Part shown: piece by piece, positions 18,362 to 29,300 of the stretch
Layout of the letters: every line of letters begins with the position of its first letter
How positions within the stretch are numbered: position 1 is the first letter of the stretch
Assembly: GCA_041651155.1 (NCBI GenBank)
Contig: JBAZJU010000005.1
Coordinates: 2,653-66,652 of the forward strand
Origin: Patescibacteria group bacterium
GTDB lineage: Bacteria > Patescibacteriota > Patescibacteriia > CAIXNZ01
Direction: 5' to 3'
Length of the DNA stretch: 64,000 nt
Program-made: the position numbers and the translations under genes
The notes under the pieces: generated by a model
The model's input: only the letters and a program-made list of their open reading frames with translations
The model's database searches: none
Told to the model about the DNA's origin: nothing

Positions 18362-19858
18362 ATGAATTACTCAAAGATATTTTTTTATTCCTGTCTATTT
18401 TTTATTATCGGTGTCTTTGTCCACTCAGTATTGTCCATTGAGGCTTTTGTGATTTATTTAATTCTACTTGTTTCAATCTTATTTTTAATTTTAAGCTTTA
18501 AAAATAAATATTTTTTAGTGCTTGGTTTGTGGGGGCTTTTTTTGTTTTTAGGACTCTGGCGTTACCAGCTTTCTTTACCGCAAAAAAATCCAGGTCAGAT
18601 TTTTTATTATAATGGCCAGGAAGTTCAGATTAGGGGTTTTATTGATAAGGAACCTGACCAGAGGGAAGACAAGGTAAAACTGGAATTAAAAAGCCAAGAA
18701 ATTTTTCTCAGCAATTCTTGGCAAAAAGTATCAGGAAAAATTTTGGTCACTAATTATTTGTATCCCGAATATAGTTATGGCGACAGACTGGAGTTTACTT
18801 GTAATTTATTAAGCCCGGAGAATGTCCAGGGTTTTGCTTATGATGATTATTTAGCGCGCTATGATATTTATTCAACCTGTTATAATCCCAAGATAACTTT
18901 GCTAGCTAAAGGTCAGGGCAATTTTGCCTTGTCTGAGATTTTAAAGTTAAAGAGTTTTTTTATTGCCAGGCTGAATTATGTTTTGCCTGAGCCTCAGTCC
19001 TCATTTTTAGCCGGGCTTTTGATTGGCGCCAAAAGGGCAATTCCCGGGGATTTACAGACAGCTTTTAGTAAAACAGGAACCACGCATGTTGTGGCAGTGT
19101 CTGGCTATAATGTGACAATTATTGCTGTTTTTTTAATGCTCATCTTCCAGAATTTAGGTCTGGGCAGAAAGAAATCCTTTTGGTTGATTATTGGTTTTTT
19201 AATTTTCTTTGCTATCATGACTGGATTGCAATCCTCCTGTATTAGGGCGGCTATTATGGGAGGCGTAGTTTTACTGGCAAATTATTTGGGCAGGTTAAGT
19301 AAAATTAGAAATGTTTTAGTTTTAACTGCAGTTATAATGATTGCCTTAAATCCCAAGATTTTAGTTTTTGATCTGGGTTTTCAGCTCTCGTTTTTAGCAA
19401 CGTTAGGCTTAGTTTATTTGAATCCAATATTACTACAAATATTAAAAATTAAAAATTTAAAATTATCCGCCAGAGGCGGAAAAATTGTAAAATTGATTTT
19501 CGGCGATTTTTTGTTGACAACTTTATCAGCAATTATTATGACCCAGCCCATAATTTTATATAACTATGGCAAAATTTCTTTAATTGCGCCTGTGGCAAAT
19601 ATTTTGATCTTGCCTTTTGTGCCTCTAGCCATGCTTTTAGGCTTTTTAACTGGAATTTTAGCCATGGTCTGGACTGGATTGGGCTGGGTGGCTGGCTGGA
19701 GCGTTTGGCTGGTTTTAACCTATATTATCTGGATTTTGGAACATTTGGCTAAATTGAATTGGGCGTATTTTGAATTGCCGAAAATTAGTGTTTGGGTCAT
19801 GCTGATTTTTTACGCAATAATTATTGGTTCTATTTGGAGATTTAAAAAATCAGTTTAA
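18362..19858 (+). CDS. comEC: ComEC/Rec2 DNA-uptake channel, N-terminal OB/DUF4131 plus competence (PF03772) membrane domain
   Basis: 498 aa, polytopic. Motif HVVAVSGYNVTIIAVFLMLIF. Confidence 0.8.
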   Translation: MNYSKIFFYSCLFFIIGVFVHSVLSIEAFVIYLILLVSILFLILSFKNKYFLVLGLWGLFLFLGLWRYQLSLPQKNPGQIFYYNGQEVQIRGFIDKEPDQREDKVKLELKSQEIFLSNSWQKVSGKILVTNYLYPEYSYGDRLEFTCNLLSPENVQGFAYDDYLARYDIYSTCYNPKITLLAKGQGNFALSEILKLKSFFIARLNYVLPEPQSSFLAGLLIGAKRAIPGDLQTAFSKTGTTHVVAVSGYNVTIIAVFLMLIFQNLGLGRKKSFWLIIGFLIFFAIMTGLQSSCIRAAIMGGVVLLANYLGRLSKIRNVLVLTAVIMIALNPKILVFDLGFQLSFLATLGLVYLNPILLQILKIKNLKLSARGGKIVKLIFGDFLLTTLSAIIMTQPIILYNYGKISLIAPVANILILPFVPLAMLLGFLTGILAMVWTGLGWVAGWSVWLVLTYIIWILEHLAKLNWAYFELPKISVWVMLIFYAIIIGSIWRFKKSV

Positions 19859-19929
19859 GCTTTAAAATTAAGACATGTTTTTATTTAGAGAAATATTAAT
19901 TCGCCCAGATTAAATGATATAATATAATC

Positions 19930-20802
19930 ATGGAAAGATATTTAAGAAAAATAACCAAAATTTTAGGCAGCGCCTTGCTGATTGTTTTTTTATTAATTGC
20001 TTTTACTGCCCATTCGCAGAGCCAGAGGCAGAATCTGGAAATTGATTATCTGGATGTCGGCCAGGGCGATGCGATTTTAATAAAAACTCCTTATCAACAA
20101 AACATTTTAATTGATGGCGGGCCTGATAATAAAGTTTTAGCTGCTTTGGGCAAAAATTTGGCTTTTTATGATAAAGATATTGACCTGGTTATTTTAACTC
20201 ACCCTCACACCGACCATGTTATTGGCTTAATTGAAATTTTACGGCGTTACAATGTTAAAAAAGTTTTACTGACTGAAATTAAAAATAATTCCCCGCCTTA
20301 TTTAGCTTTTTTAGAGGAAATTAAAAAACAAAACATAATTGCAGAAAAAGCTGACAAGCCCCAGGATATTATTTTAGGCCAGGATCTGGATTTGAAAATT
20401 TTATATCCGTTTAATGATATTAGCTCAAAGAATTTTGAGGATTTAAATAATTCTTCAATCATAGTAAAATTAATTTACAAAAATAATTCCTTCTTATTTA
20501 CCGGTGATGCGGGCTTTCCTGAGGAACAGGATTTATTGGCCAGTAAAGTGGATTTAACTGCCAATGTCTTGAAAGTCGGCCATCATGGCAGTAAATATTC
20601 AACGAGCCAGGAGTTTTTAGCAGCGATTCAGCCGCAAGACGCCATAATTGAAGTAGGCGCAAATAATTCTTATGGCCATCCGAATTTGGCAACTATCAAT
20701 AGATTAGAAAAAAATAATATTAAAATTCTTAGAACTGATTTAAGCGGGACAATAGCAATTATTAGTGATGGGCAGAATATTAAAATAAAAGCCGAGAGAT
20801 AG
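19930..20802 (+). CDS. ComEC-associated metallo-beta-lactamase-fold protein, encoded as a separate gene (split ComEC)
   Basis: N-terminal signal/TM. DVGQGDAILIKTP, HPHTDHVIGL, VGHHGS. A 71-nt gap separates it from the competence-domain gene. Confidence 0.8.
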   Translation: MERYLRKITKILGSALLIVFLLIAFTAHSQSQRQNLEIDYLDVGQGDAILIKTPYQQNILIDGGPDNKVLAALGKNLAFYDKDIDLVILTHPHTDHVIGLIEILRRYNVKKVLLTEIKNNSPPYLAFLEEIKKQNIIAEKADKPQDIILGQDLDLKILYPFNDISSKNFEDLNNSSIIVKLIYKNNSFLFTGDAGFPEEQDLLASKVDLTANVLKVGHHGSKYSTSQEFLAAIQPQDAIIEVGANNSYGHPNLATINRLEKNNIKILRTDLSGTIAIISDGQNIKIKAER

Positions 20803-20811
20803 AACTCTCGG

Positions 20812-21147
20812 CTAAAGGCTGTTGTCTAAATGGTAAGTTTCCAGAAAAATTTGTTTTTTGATCTTGGAAACTTGAGACCCTGTATTTAGGGGTCTGCCAT
20901 TTAAATCAATTAGCACAAAAGAAATATGATCTTTTTCCACATTTTCTATTTTGACTCTCTTGATGTAAATAGAGGGGATGCTAGGGTGCGGGAAAAAGGT
21001 GCCTTGAAAAAAACGTTCTGGCATTTTGGCTTGTTTAAATAAACCGCCATGTTCATCTGAAACATCCAGAATAACAAAGTCTTTTTCTTTGGCTTTTATT
21101 TGGGCAGTTTGGGCCCAAATATCGCCTGAAATTGGGGCTCCAAACAT
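20812..21147 (-). CDS. Hypothetical protein (111 aa)
   Basis: ORF with an AT-rich upstream region. No family recognised. Confidence 0.4.
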   Translation of the reverse strand: MFGAPISGDIWAQTAQIKAKEKDFVILDVSDEHGGLFKQAKMPERFFQGTFFPHPSIPSIYIKRVKIENVEKDHISFVLIDLNGRPLNTGSQVSKIKKQIFLETYHLDNSL

Positions 21148-21266
21148 ATTGTCCTCCTTTTTTGAGATTTAGTTGTAATTTAACAGAAAAAAATAATGGC
21201 GTCAAATACTTGAAAAGATATTATTTTTTTGCTAAAATGATTATATCTAATATTTAAAAAATTTAT

Positions 21267-21851
21267 ATGGAAAAGACTTTAGTTATTATTAAGCCAGATG
21301 GGGTGCAGAGAAATTTAATAGGGGAAATTATCAGCCGGTTTGAAAGAAGCGGCTTAAAATTAGCGGCCACGAAATTAGTGCGCGCTGATGACAAAATGGT
21401 AGAAAAACATTATACCATTGATCCTGAATGGGTAAAAAAAGTCGGGGTCAAAGCCATTGAATCTTACAAAGAAAAAGGCTTAACCCCGCCTAATGACGAC
21501 CCGATCGCTGTCGGCAAAGATGTCCTAAATCGTTTAAAAGATTTTATGACTGCCGGTCCAGTTTTAGCCATGGTTTGGGAAGGCAATGAAGCAGTATCTT
21601 TGGTGCGCAAGATTTGCGGCTCAACTGAACCATTTAGCGCAGCCATTGGCACAATCAGGGGTGATTATAACCCGATTGAAACTTACCAAATGGCTGATTT
21701 GGCTAATCGCGCTATCAGAAATCTGGTTCATGCCTCGGGTACGTCTGCCGAAGCAGCCCAAGAAATAAAGATCTGGTTTAAAAAAGAAGAAATTTTGGAT
21801 TATAATTTGGCTCGAGATACTATATTATACGATTATACCTGGAAAATTTGA
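21267..21851 (+). CDS. ndk: Nucleoside diphosphate kinase, with a ~50-aa internal insertion
   Basis: LVIIKPDGVQRNLIGEIISRFE and NLVHASGT motifs. 194 aa versus ~140 typical. Confidence 0.8.
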   Translation: MEKTLVIIKPDGVQRNLIGEIISRFERSGLKLAATKLVRADDKMVEKHYTIDPEWVKKVGVKAIESYKEKGLTPPNDDPIAVGKDVLNRLKDFMTAGPVLAMVWEGNEAVSLVRKICGSTEPFSAAIGTIRGDYNPIETYQMADLANRAIRNLVHASGTSAEAAQEIKIWFKKEEILDYNLARDTILYDYTWKI

Positions 21852-21965
21852 TTTGATGCGAGAGGACAAATGACTGGCTATAAAAAATTTTATCTTTTTA
21901 ATTAAAATTTGCAAATTATAATAAAAATGTCTATAATCGTAGTATAAACGTTTAATTGAAATTTT

Positions 21966-22268
21966 ATGGCTAAAATTAACTTAGAATTTAAGCTTCCAGT
22001 CTCTATTTTACGCGAAGGCAAGCAGTATATAGCCTATACGCCTGCTTTGGATTTATCTACCTCGGGGAAAACTTATAAAGAAGCTAAAAAGAGATTTGAA
22101 GAAATTGTTAATATTTTTTTTGAAGAACTTATTAAAAAAGGAACTGTAGATGAGGTTTTACAAGATTTAGGATGGAAAAGAGTTCTCTCAAAATGGAATC
22201 CGCCTATTGTAATTTCTCAAGAATCGCAATCAATAAGTATTCCCATGTCCAGTTTATGCCACGCTTAA
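21966..22268 (+). CDS. hicB: HicB-like (UPF0150) antitoxin-fold protein
   Basis: YIAYTPALDLSTSGKTYKEAKKRFEEIVNIFFEE matches the HicB N-terminal domain. Confidence 0.65.
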   Translation: MAKINLEFKLPVSILREGKQYIAYTPALDLSTSGKTYKEAKKRFEEIVNIFFEELIKKGTVDEVLQDLGWKRVLSKWNPPIVISQESQSISIPMSSLCHA

Positions 22269-22486
22269 CTCCAATACATTGGAAAATTTTTGAAAAGTTT
22301 ATTTTGTTTGTTGGCTGCAATTTCTCCAGGGAAAAAGGAGACCATAGGGTTTATAGCCGCGATGGATTAAAAAGGCCTGTAGTTATTCCGCGCAGCGGAG
22401 ATTTGCCCGTTTTTATTATCAGGAATAATTTGCGAGTTTTAAATATTAGTCCAGATGAATATCTGGAGATATTAAAACAATTATAA
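22256..22486 (+). CDS. hicA: HicA-like (YcfA family) mRNA-interferase toxin; overlaps hicB by 13 nt
   Basis: GDHRVYSRDGLKRPVVIPRSGDLPVFIIRNNLRVLNISPDEY. Start at the internal ATG; the ORF-track start at 22172 lies inside hicB. Confidence 0.6.
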   Translation: MPRLTPIHWKIFEKFILFVGCNFSREKGDHRVYSRDGLKRPVVIPRSGDLPVFIIRNNLRVLNISPDEYLEILKQL

Positions 22487-22632
22487 GGTTTAATTATGAC
22501 AACCACCAAAGCAATACAACTGCAGAAAATTGATTTAAGAACCAATTTATTAGGCTTATTGCTTTTATTAAGCTGCTTTTTGGTGGTTAGACTTTTTAGA
22601 TAACAAATTTACATAGATTGTAAATTAAACTA

Positions 22633-22660
22633 ACCGCCAAAAGGCGGTTGGTTTTTATTT
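22633..22660 (+). terminator. Rho-independent terminator
   Basis: AACCGCC-AAAA-GGCGGTT followed by GGTTTTTATTT. Confidence 0.6.
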
Positions 22661-22700
22661 AGTCCTTTAAACTAAAAAACCATAAACGAGGAGGGCAACG

Positions 22701-22886
22701 ATGGACGTAATCAGAGTACAGGAATTTCCCCAGAAAAAGGTCTGTAAAAAATGCAAAGCAGATTGGAATGAAAAAAAGAATGCAGATGGCCAGTGCCAAA
22801 TCTGCGGCTCAACTGAAAGCAAATGGGCTCATTATGACCCTGAAACCAAAGAAATAGTGGTAATGCCGAGATTAGTTGGGCTTTAA
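22701..22886 (+). CDS. Small zinc-ribbon protein (61 aa; CKKC ... CQIC)
   Basis: Strong SD GAGGAGGG upstream. Two CxxC pairs. GC-rich hairpin downstream. Confidence 0.5.
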   Translation: MDVIRVQEFPQKKVCKKCKADWNEKKNADGQCQICGSTESKWAHYDPETKEIVVMPRLVGL

Positions 22887-22895
22887 GGCTATGTC

Positions 22896-22935
22896 GGGCG
22901 GGTTAAGCTATTTTAACCCGCCCTAAATTTTGCTA
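22896..22935 (+). terminator. GC-rich hairpin with a weak T-tract
   Basis: GGGCGGGTTAAGCTATTTTAACCCGCCC. Confidence 0.45.
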
Positions 22936-22992
22936 TTTTAAAAAAATAAGGTAAAATTAAAACAGGAGCAAACAAAAAGAGGAGGAATTAGC

Positions 22993-23205
22993 ATGGCAAA
23001 AGAAGGTGATGAAGCAGAAGTATTTTTCATAAGCCAGGGCCGTAAATTAGTAGAAGGTTTTTATGCTTATAGCAAGGAGGCAAAAGCCCTGCAAAGAAAA
23101 ATTGGATGTTCAGATGTCCGCAGAGGGGCAAGGATTTTTCGCTTGGAGGATATAAATGAGCGATTAATTCCCACGCTTCAGCGCAGGTTGGATGATTTAG
23201 TATAG
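22993..23205 (+). CDS. Hypothetical small protein (70 aa)
   Basis: Strong SD AAGAGGAGG upstream. Terminator downstream. Confidence 0.45.
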   Translation: MAKEGDEAEVFFISQGRKLVEGFYAYSKEAKALQRKIGCSDVRRGARIFRLEDINERLIPTLQRRLDDLV

Positions 23206-23220
23206 CGATCCCTTATTATT

Positions 23221-23247
23221 AGACCCTCGGTCGGGGGTCTTTTTTTA
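23221..23247 (+). terminator. Rho-independent terminator
   Basis: AGACCCTCGGTCGGGGGTCTTTTTTT. Confidence 0.55.
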
Positions 23248-23316
23248 ACTTTCTTTTAATATTTTAATAATCGTATTTTATGCTATAATTTAAGCATAAC
23301 TCTTAATTCCAAAATC

Positions 23317-26300
23317 ATGCTTAATCTAAAATCAAAGAGCTCTGTTTTTTTATCCAAGCTAACCATGTCCGCGTTAGTTTTTTTGTTTATTTTTACTTCA
23401 AGCCCAGGTTTGGCTTTGGCAGCTGAAGAAGCTGTAAGCCCTGAAGCGCCTGCTGACACAAGTGCTTCAGCTGGATCTACTGATACTTCCACACCAACAA
23501 CTGACACAACAACCCCCACACCAGCAGAAGCGCCAGCTGATCAGGCGAGTTTGGATGGAGCTAAAGCTGATACAGAATCGCAAGATCAGGGCATGGATAC
23601 TTTGACTGAAGAGGAAGATCCTGAAAATAGCCCAGAAACAAAAAAAGCCGCTGAGAATAAATTTAATCTTGAGACCGATGGTTCTACTGGTGCTTTAATT
23701 TATACTTTTCCTTTAACTATTCCGCCGGGTAGAAATAATTTACAGCCTGATTTGAAATTAGTTTATAACAACCAAAATAACGATAACACTAATATTATTG
23801 GTTATGGCTGGTCTCTAAATATCCCTTATATTGAAAGACAACCTAAAATAGGCGTAAATAATCTTTATGATGAAAATTATTTTACTTCTTCTCTATCTGG
23901 TGAATTAGAAGATATTAGTTTGACCGATGGCCATCATGGCACCTATGGCTCAAAAGTTGAAAATGGCGATTTTTTAAACTACGAATTTAATGCGAATAAT
24001 TATTGGGTTGTCACAGATAAAAAGGGAACATTCTATAGGTTTGGTTATAATTCAGGCGCTCGCCAAGATGATCCGAATGACAGCTCTCATGCTTTCAAGT
24101 GGATGCTGGAAGAAGTACGAGACACAAATAACAATTACATTAAATATGAATATTATAAAGATGCAGGCCAGATATATCCAGCTGATATTAAATATACTGG
24201 CTATAATACAACCGATGGCATTTTTGAAATAGATTTTTTAAGAGAATCAAGGAATGACGACCTGGCTTCTTTTAAAACAGGGTTTGAAGTGACTACCAGT
24301 TATCGCATAAATGAAATTCAAGCAAAAATTAATGGCACCTGGGTCAAGAAATATCAATTAGATTATTCTTCTGGTGATAATGGAGTTCGTTCAATGTTAA
24401 ATACAATTACTGAAACTGGCCAGGATGAGCAGAGTAATACTATTACTTTGCCGACCAATGATTTTACATATCAAACTAAAACAAAAAGCTGGACAGAGGA
24501 TACGAACTATATAATCCCAGAAACTTTTGTCACCAATTCCTTCCGTGATTTTGGCACACGTATACTAGACATAAATGGTGATGGACTGCCGGATATAATT
24601 CGTAGCCAATGTCTCTATAATGGAAATTCATATAAAAAAGTTTATATAAATCAAGGCGACGGCACCGGGTGGGTAGAGGATACTAATTATACTATACCTG
24701 TCTGTTTCGTTAGTTCCGGCGGTTATGATACAGGAGCACGGCTGGCTGATATTAATGGCGATGGGTTTGTAGATATTCTTTATGCCTATAGACAATATGA
24801 TGGTTCAATATATAGCAAAGTTTACTTAAATCAAAACGATGGTACAGGTTGGGAAGAAGATACAAATTGGAGCATACCAGTTGATTTTTGTGGCGGGGGG
24901 CATGGCTCGGCCGCTAGATTGAGTGATGTAGATGGTGATGGTCTTGTAGATATTTTATCTTCCCAGTTGGATTATTACCAGCAAATAGTAGATCATGTAT
25001 ATATTAATAAAGGCGACGGTACTGGCTGGCAAGAAGACACAAATTATACAATACCAGAAAGCTTTGTTACTTATTCTTTGCACGATATGGGGACTCGTAT
25101 AATTGATGTAAATGGAGATGGGTTACCTGATATCCTTCGTTCTCAGCAGGGTGTTTCAGGAAATCCAGATATTAGGCATGTGTATATAAATAAGGGGGAT
25201 GGAACCGGTTGGGCAGAAGATACTAATTATACGTTACCTGAAAATTTTGTGACATATTCAGGATATGATTTTGGGGTGCGTACAGCAGATATAAATGGCG
25301 ATGGCCTAGAGGATATTATACGTGCACAAGATGGTATCTCTGGATATCCAGATATTAGGCATGTATATATTAATAATGGTGATGGCACTGGCTGGACAGA
25401 AGACACAAACTATACAATTCCCGAAAATTTTGCCGTAACGTCTTGTTTTGGGAATGGTACACAAATAATCGATATAAATGGTGATGATTTAGCTGATATT
25501 ATACGTGCACAAGATGGTATTCCCGGATATAGTATCCCTGATATAAAAGAGGTTTACATCTCAAATCCCCATAACGCAGATTTGTTATCACAAATTACCC
25601 AAAGCAGGGGTGGGCAGAGTAGTGTAGAATACAAAGGTTCTCCCCAATATTTAGACCTTTCTGTTAATTTATTAAATCCGCATTTACAGAAAATTATACA
25701 GACCGTCTCTCAAATAGAATATGATGATGGCCTGAATAACACATGGACTGAAAGTTATCAATACGCTGACGGCTTGTATTACTTTTCTGATTATCTTAAC
25801 CGCAAGTTGGCTGGTTTTGGCAAGGTGACGAAAACTGACGGAGAGGGCAATGTAACCAAGACCTATTTTCACCAGGGCAATGACAGTGATTCAAGCCATG
25901 GCGAGTATTCTGATGATGTTTCAAAAATTGGTAAGGTTTATCGGACTGAAAGTTATGACGACAGCGATAACTTGTATTCCAAAACCATAAACAAATGGGA
26001 AAATTATGATTTGGGGAATGACCAGGATTTTGTGAAATTAACCCAGACAATTGCTTCCAGTTATGACGGTAATACCAGCCATAAAGATAAGGCAGAAACC
26101 TATACTTATGATAATGCGAATGGAAATCTAACAGAGAAAATAACCTGGGGCGAGGTTACTGGTTCTGATAACGGCACCTTTACAGACACCGGTTCTGATA
26201 AATACACAACTGATATTGATTATGCCGCCACAACAGGCAGCGCGGTTATTGGCTCACCTTCCCATGAAACAACAATTGACCAGAGCTCAAATAAAATTAA

Positions 26301-29300
26301 GGAAACAAAATATTATTATGATACTTTAAGTTTGGGTTCAGTTGGGGCAGGCAATTTAACCAAGCAGGAAATGTGGAAATCAGGCACAAGTTATATCAAT
26401 GCCCAGAAAACTTACAATTCTTATGGCTTGGTGACTGAAGAAACAGATCCACGGGGCAAAACCACTGATTATACATATGATACTTATAACCTTTATCCTG
26501 CGAGTGTTACGAATGCTTTAAGTCAAACTAGCAGTTATGCTTATGATTATTCTTCAGGCAAGCCGACTCAGGTTACAGACCCTAATAGCCGGGTATTTCA
26601 GACTGTTTATGATGCCCTGGATAGGGTTAAGCAGGAAAAACAGCCTGATTTAACTACGCCAAGCACTTTGGTTGTGAAATCAGAATATACTTATACTGAT
26701 AATACTGTGCCAACTAAAGTCCAGCAGGCAAATAATCTGGATTCCTCAACTAGTTTTGATATTTATACTTATTTAGACGGGTTTGGCAGGAAAATTCAGG
26801 AAAGAAAAGAGGCTGAGGACACAAATACTTTTAGTGTTAAAGATTTTGTTTACAATGATCTGGGCCTGATTGAAAAAGAATCATTGCCGTATTTTTCGTC
26901 TGGTTCAAGCAGAACAACTGCCACAACTGACACTTCTCTTTATACCAATTATACTTACGACCCATTGCAAAGAGTTTTAACAGCAATTAACGCGGTTGGC
27001 ACAACATCCAATACTTATGATGACTGGAAACTGACAATCACTGACGCTGAAAGCAATGTTAAAGATTTATATAAAGATGCCTATGATAATTTGATCCAGG
27101 TTGACGAGCATAATGACAGCAACACCTATTCTACTTATTATGAATGGAATGGCTTGTCTAATTTGACCAAAATAACAGATTCGCAGGATAATGTCAGGAA
27201 TTTTACTTATGATGGCTTGGGCAGAAGATTAACAGCTGAAGATTTGCATGACACGTCTGATTCATATTTTGGCGCTTGGACTTACAGCTATGATGATTCA
27301 GGCAATTTAACCTCTCGTTTAGACCCCAAGAGCCAGACAGTCAACTGGACTTATGATGATCTTAACCGCGTCTTGACTGAAGATTACACTGGCCAAACCG
27401 GCACAGAAATAACTTATGCTTATGACACTGGCACTGACGGGATTGGCAGATTATATACTGCGACAACTCCGGATGTTGTCACGACTTATGCTTATAATGC
27501 TTTAGGCGGGGTTAAAACAGAGAATAAGAATATTAATTCTGCTGATTATTTGACAGAATACGAATATGACCGCCAGGGGAACCAGACTTTGATAACCTAT
27601 CCCAATGACATTGAAGTAAAATACAATTACAACACGGCCGGGCTTTTAGAAGAAGTTGAAGCTAAAGCATCAGGCGATCCAAGCTATACTGATTTAGTTA
27701 GCGATTATGATTATTCGCCATTGGAGCAGGTTGCTTATCAGGAAGATGCTAATGGTGTTAAAACATATAATACTTATGATGCTGCAGAATTGTATCGGTT
27801 AAAGGAAAAGATTACGGCTAGTGTTGACGAAGGTGGTTTTGAAGATCTTTATAATATAGCTATGGCTGGTGGGGCTGGAAACGGTAGTAAGTCCTACGAA
27901 ATTACGAATCCGTATGAATATACGAATAGTTCCTCAGTGAGCTTGCCTGGGATAACTGATAATCCGGTTGTTCAGGGTTTGGGTTCCATTGTCAAAGCAG
28001 CCCTCGCCCCCCTTGTCATTCAGAGTGAGCCATTGAAAATGGCGAGCGAAGAATCCTTTACTTCAAATAATCCCTTTTCAGCTGCCTTTGACTTGGGTAA
28101 CAATGCGAATACTGCGAATGTTGTTAAGGGTTTAGGCTTAATTGTTAAAGCAGCCCTTTCACCCACCTCTGTCATTCTGAACGGCAGTGAAGAATCTGTT
28201 ACCACCCCTTCTGCTTATTCAGCTGCTTTTGATTTGGGTAATAATGCGAATGCTACGAATGATATTAAGGTTGAACCTAAACTAGACCTCTGGGGCAAGC
28301 CAGTTGATTACAAACTACCCAAAGACAAAACCATTTATCTTAAATACGACAAAGAAGCCAAGCCCGGGGAACTGCCAAAGGAAGCCATTGAATTTCTTGA
28401 TAAGTCTGGCAGTAAAATTAATTCTCCGGAATTAAAATCCATTTATCCTCAAGAAGCGATTGATTATTTTAATTCAGGGCCAAAATCAATTACCGGCAGT
28501 TTGTCGGGCGCAGGCGCGTCATTAAGCAAAAATGATTTTCATATGGCTCTGACCGGCACAATGCCCAATCCTTCAACTAATTTGAATTCAGAAAGCAAAT
28601 GGACAACAGAAAATATTATTTACAACCAGGGGTTTGAAGACGGGTTTAACAGCTGGACCTGGCAGAATAATTTAGACGCCACTCGCCAGGAAGATTGCAC
28701 TGTTTCTTACGCAGGCGATTGTTCAGAAAAGGCGATTGTTAATACTGCCGGTTCATTTTGGCAAGTGCAATTATCCCAGATTTTACGGCTTGATCAGGAT
28801 ACAAATTACAAATTGCGCTTTAAAGCTAAAGCGTCAACTGCCACCACTTTTAGCTTTGACGCTGAAGAAAACCACAGCCCATATAATCTGCTTGGCTTAT
28901 GGGCAAGCAATGTTGCGATTGGCACTGACTGGACAACTTATGAATATTCTTTCACTGCCTTGGCCAATGATCAAAACGCCAAAATAACATTTCACCTGGG
29001 CGCAAATTCAGCCACTTACTGGTTTGATGAAATTGAACTCATACCTGATACGTTTAACAAAATCAAAAATCCCAGTTTTGAAAACAGCGCTGCTTACTGG
29101 GGCTTTACCAGTTTTGGCGGAGGCTATGGCGCAGGCACCAACAGCATTGATTGCGGTTCTCCGGTTGAAGGCAGCTGTGATGACAATGTTGACATCACTG
29201 TCACCGGCAATTACTGGGAAGTGAGCTTGTCCCAGCCCACTGCTTTGGACAGTACCAAGACCTATGAATTATCTTTTTACGCCCGCACTGATTCCCCATA

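Noticed and set aside
478-28035. Similarity between TGTCATTCAGAGAGAAGCG (478-496) and TGTCATTCAGAGTGAGCC (28013-28030, inside the RHS gene)
   Set aside because: Only ~16 nt. The second copy is constrained coding sequence (VIQSEP). Most likely chance.
27969-28265. Diversity-generating retroelement (TR/VR pair) in the RHS gene
   Set aside because: The duplication is tandem and in-frame, with no adenine-specific mismatch pattern, and no reverse transcriptase gene is present in the window.
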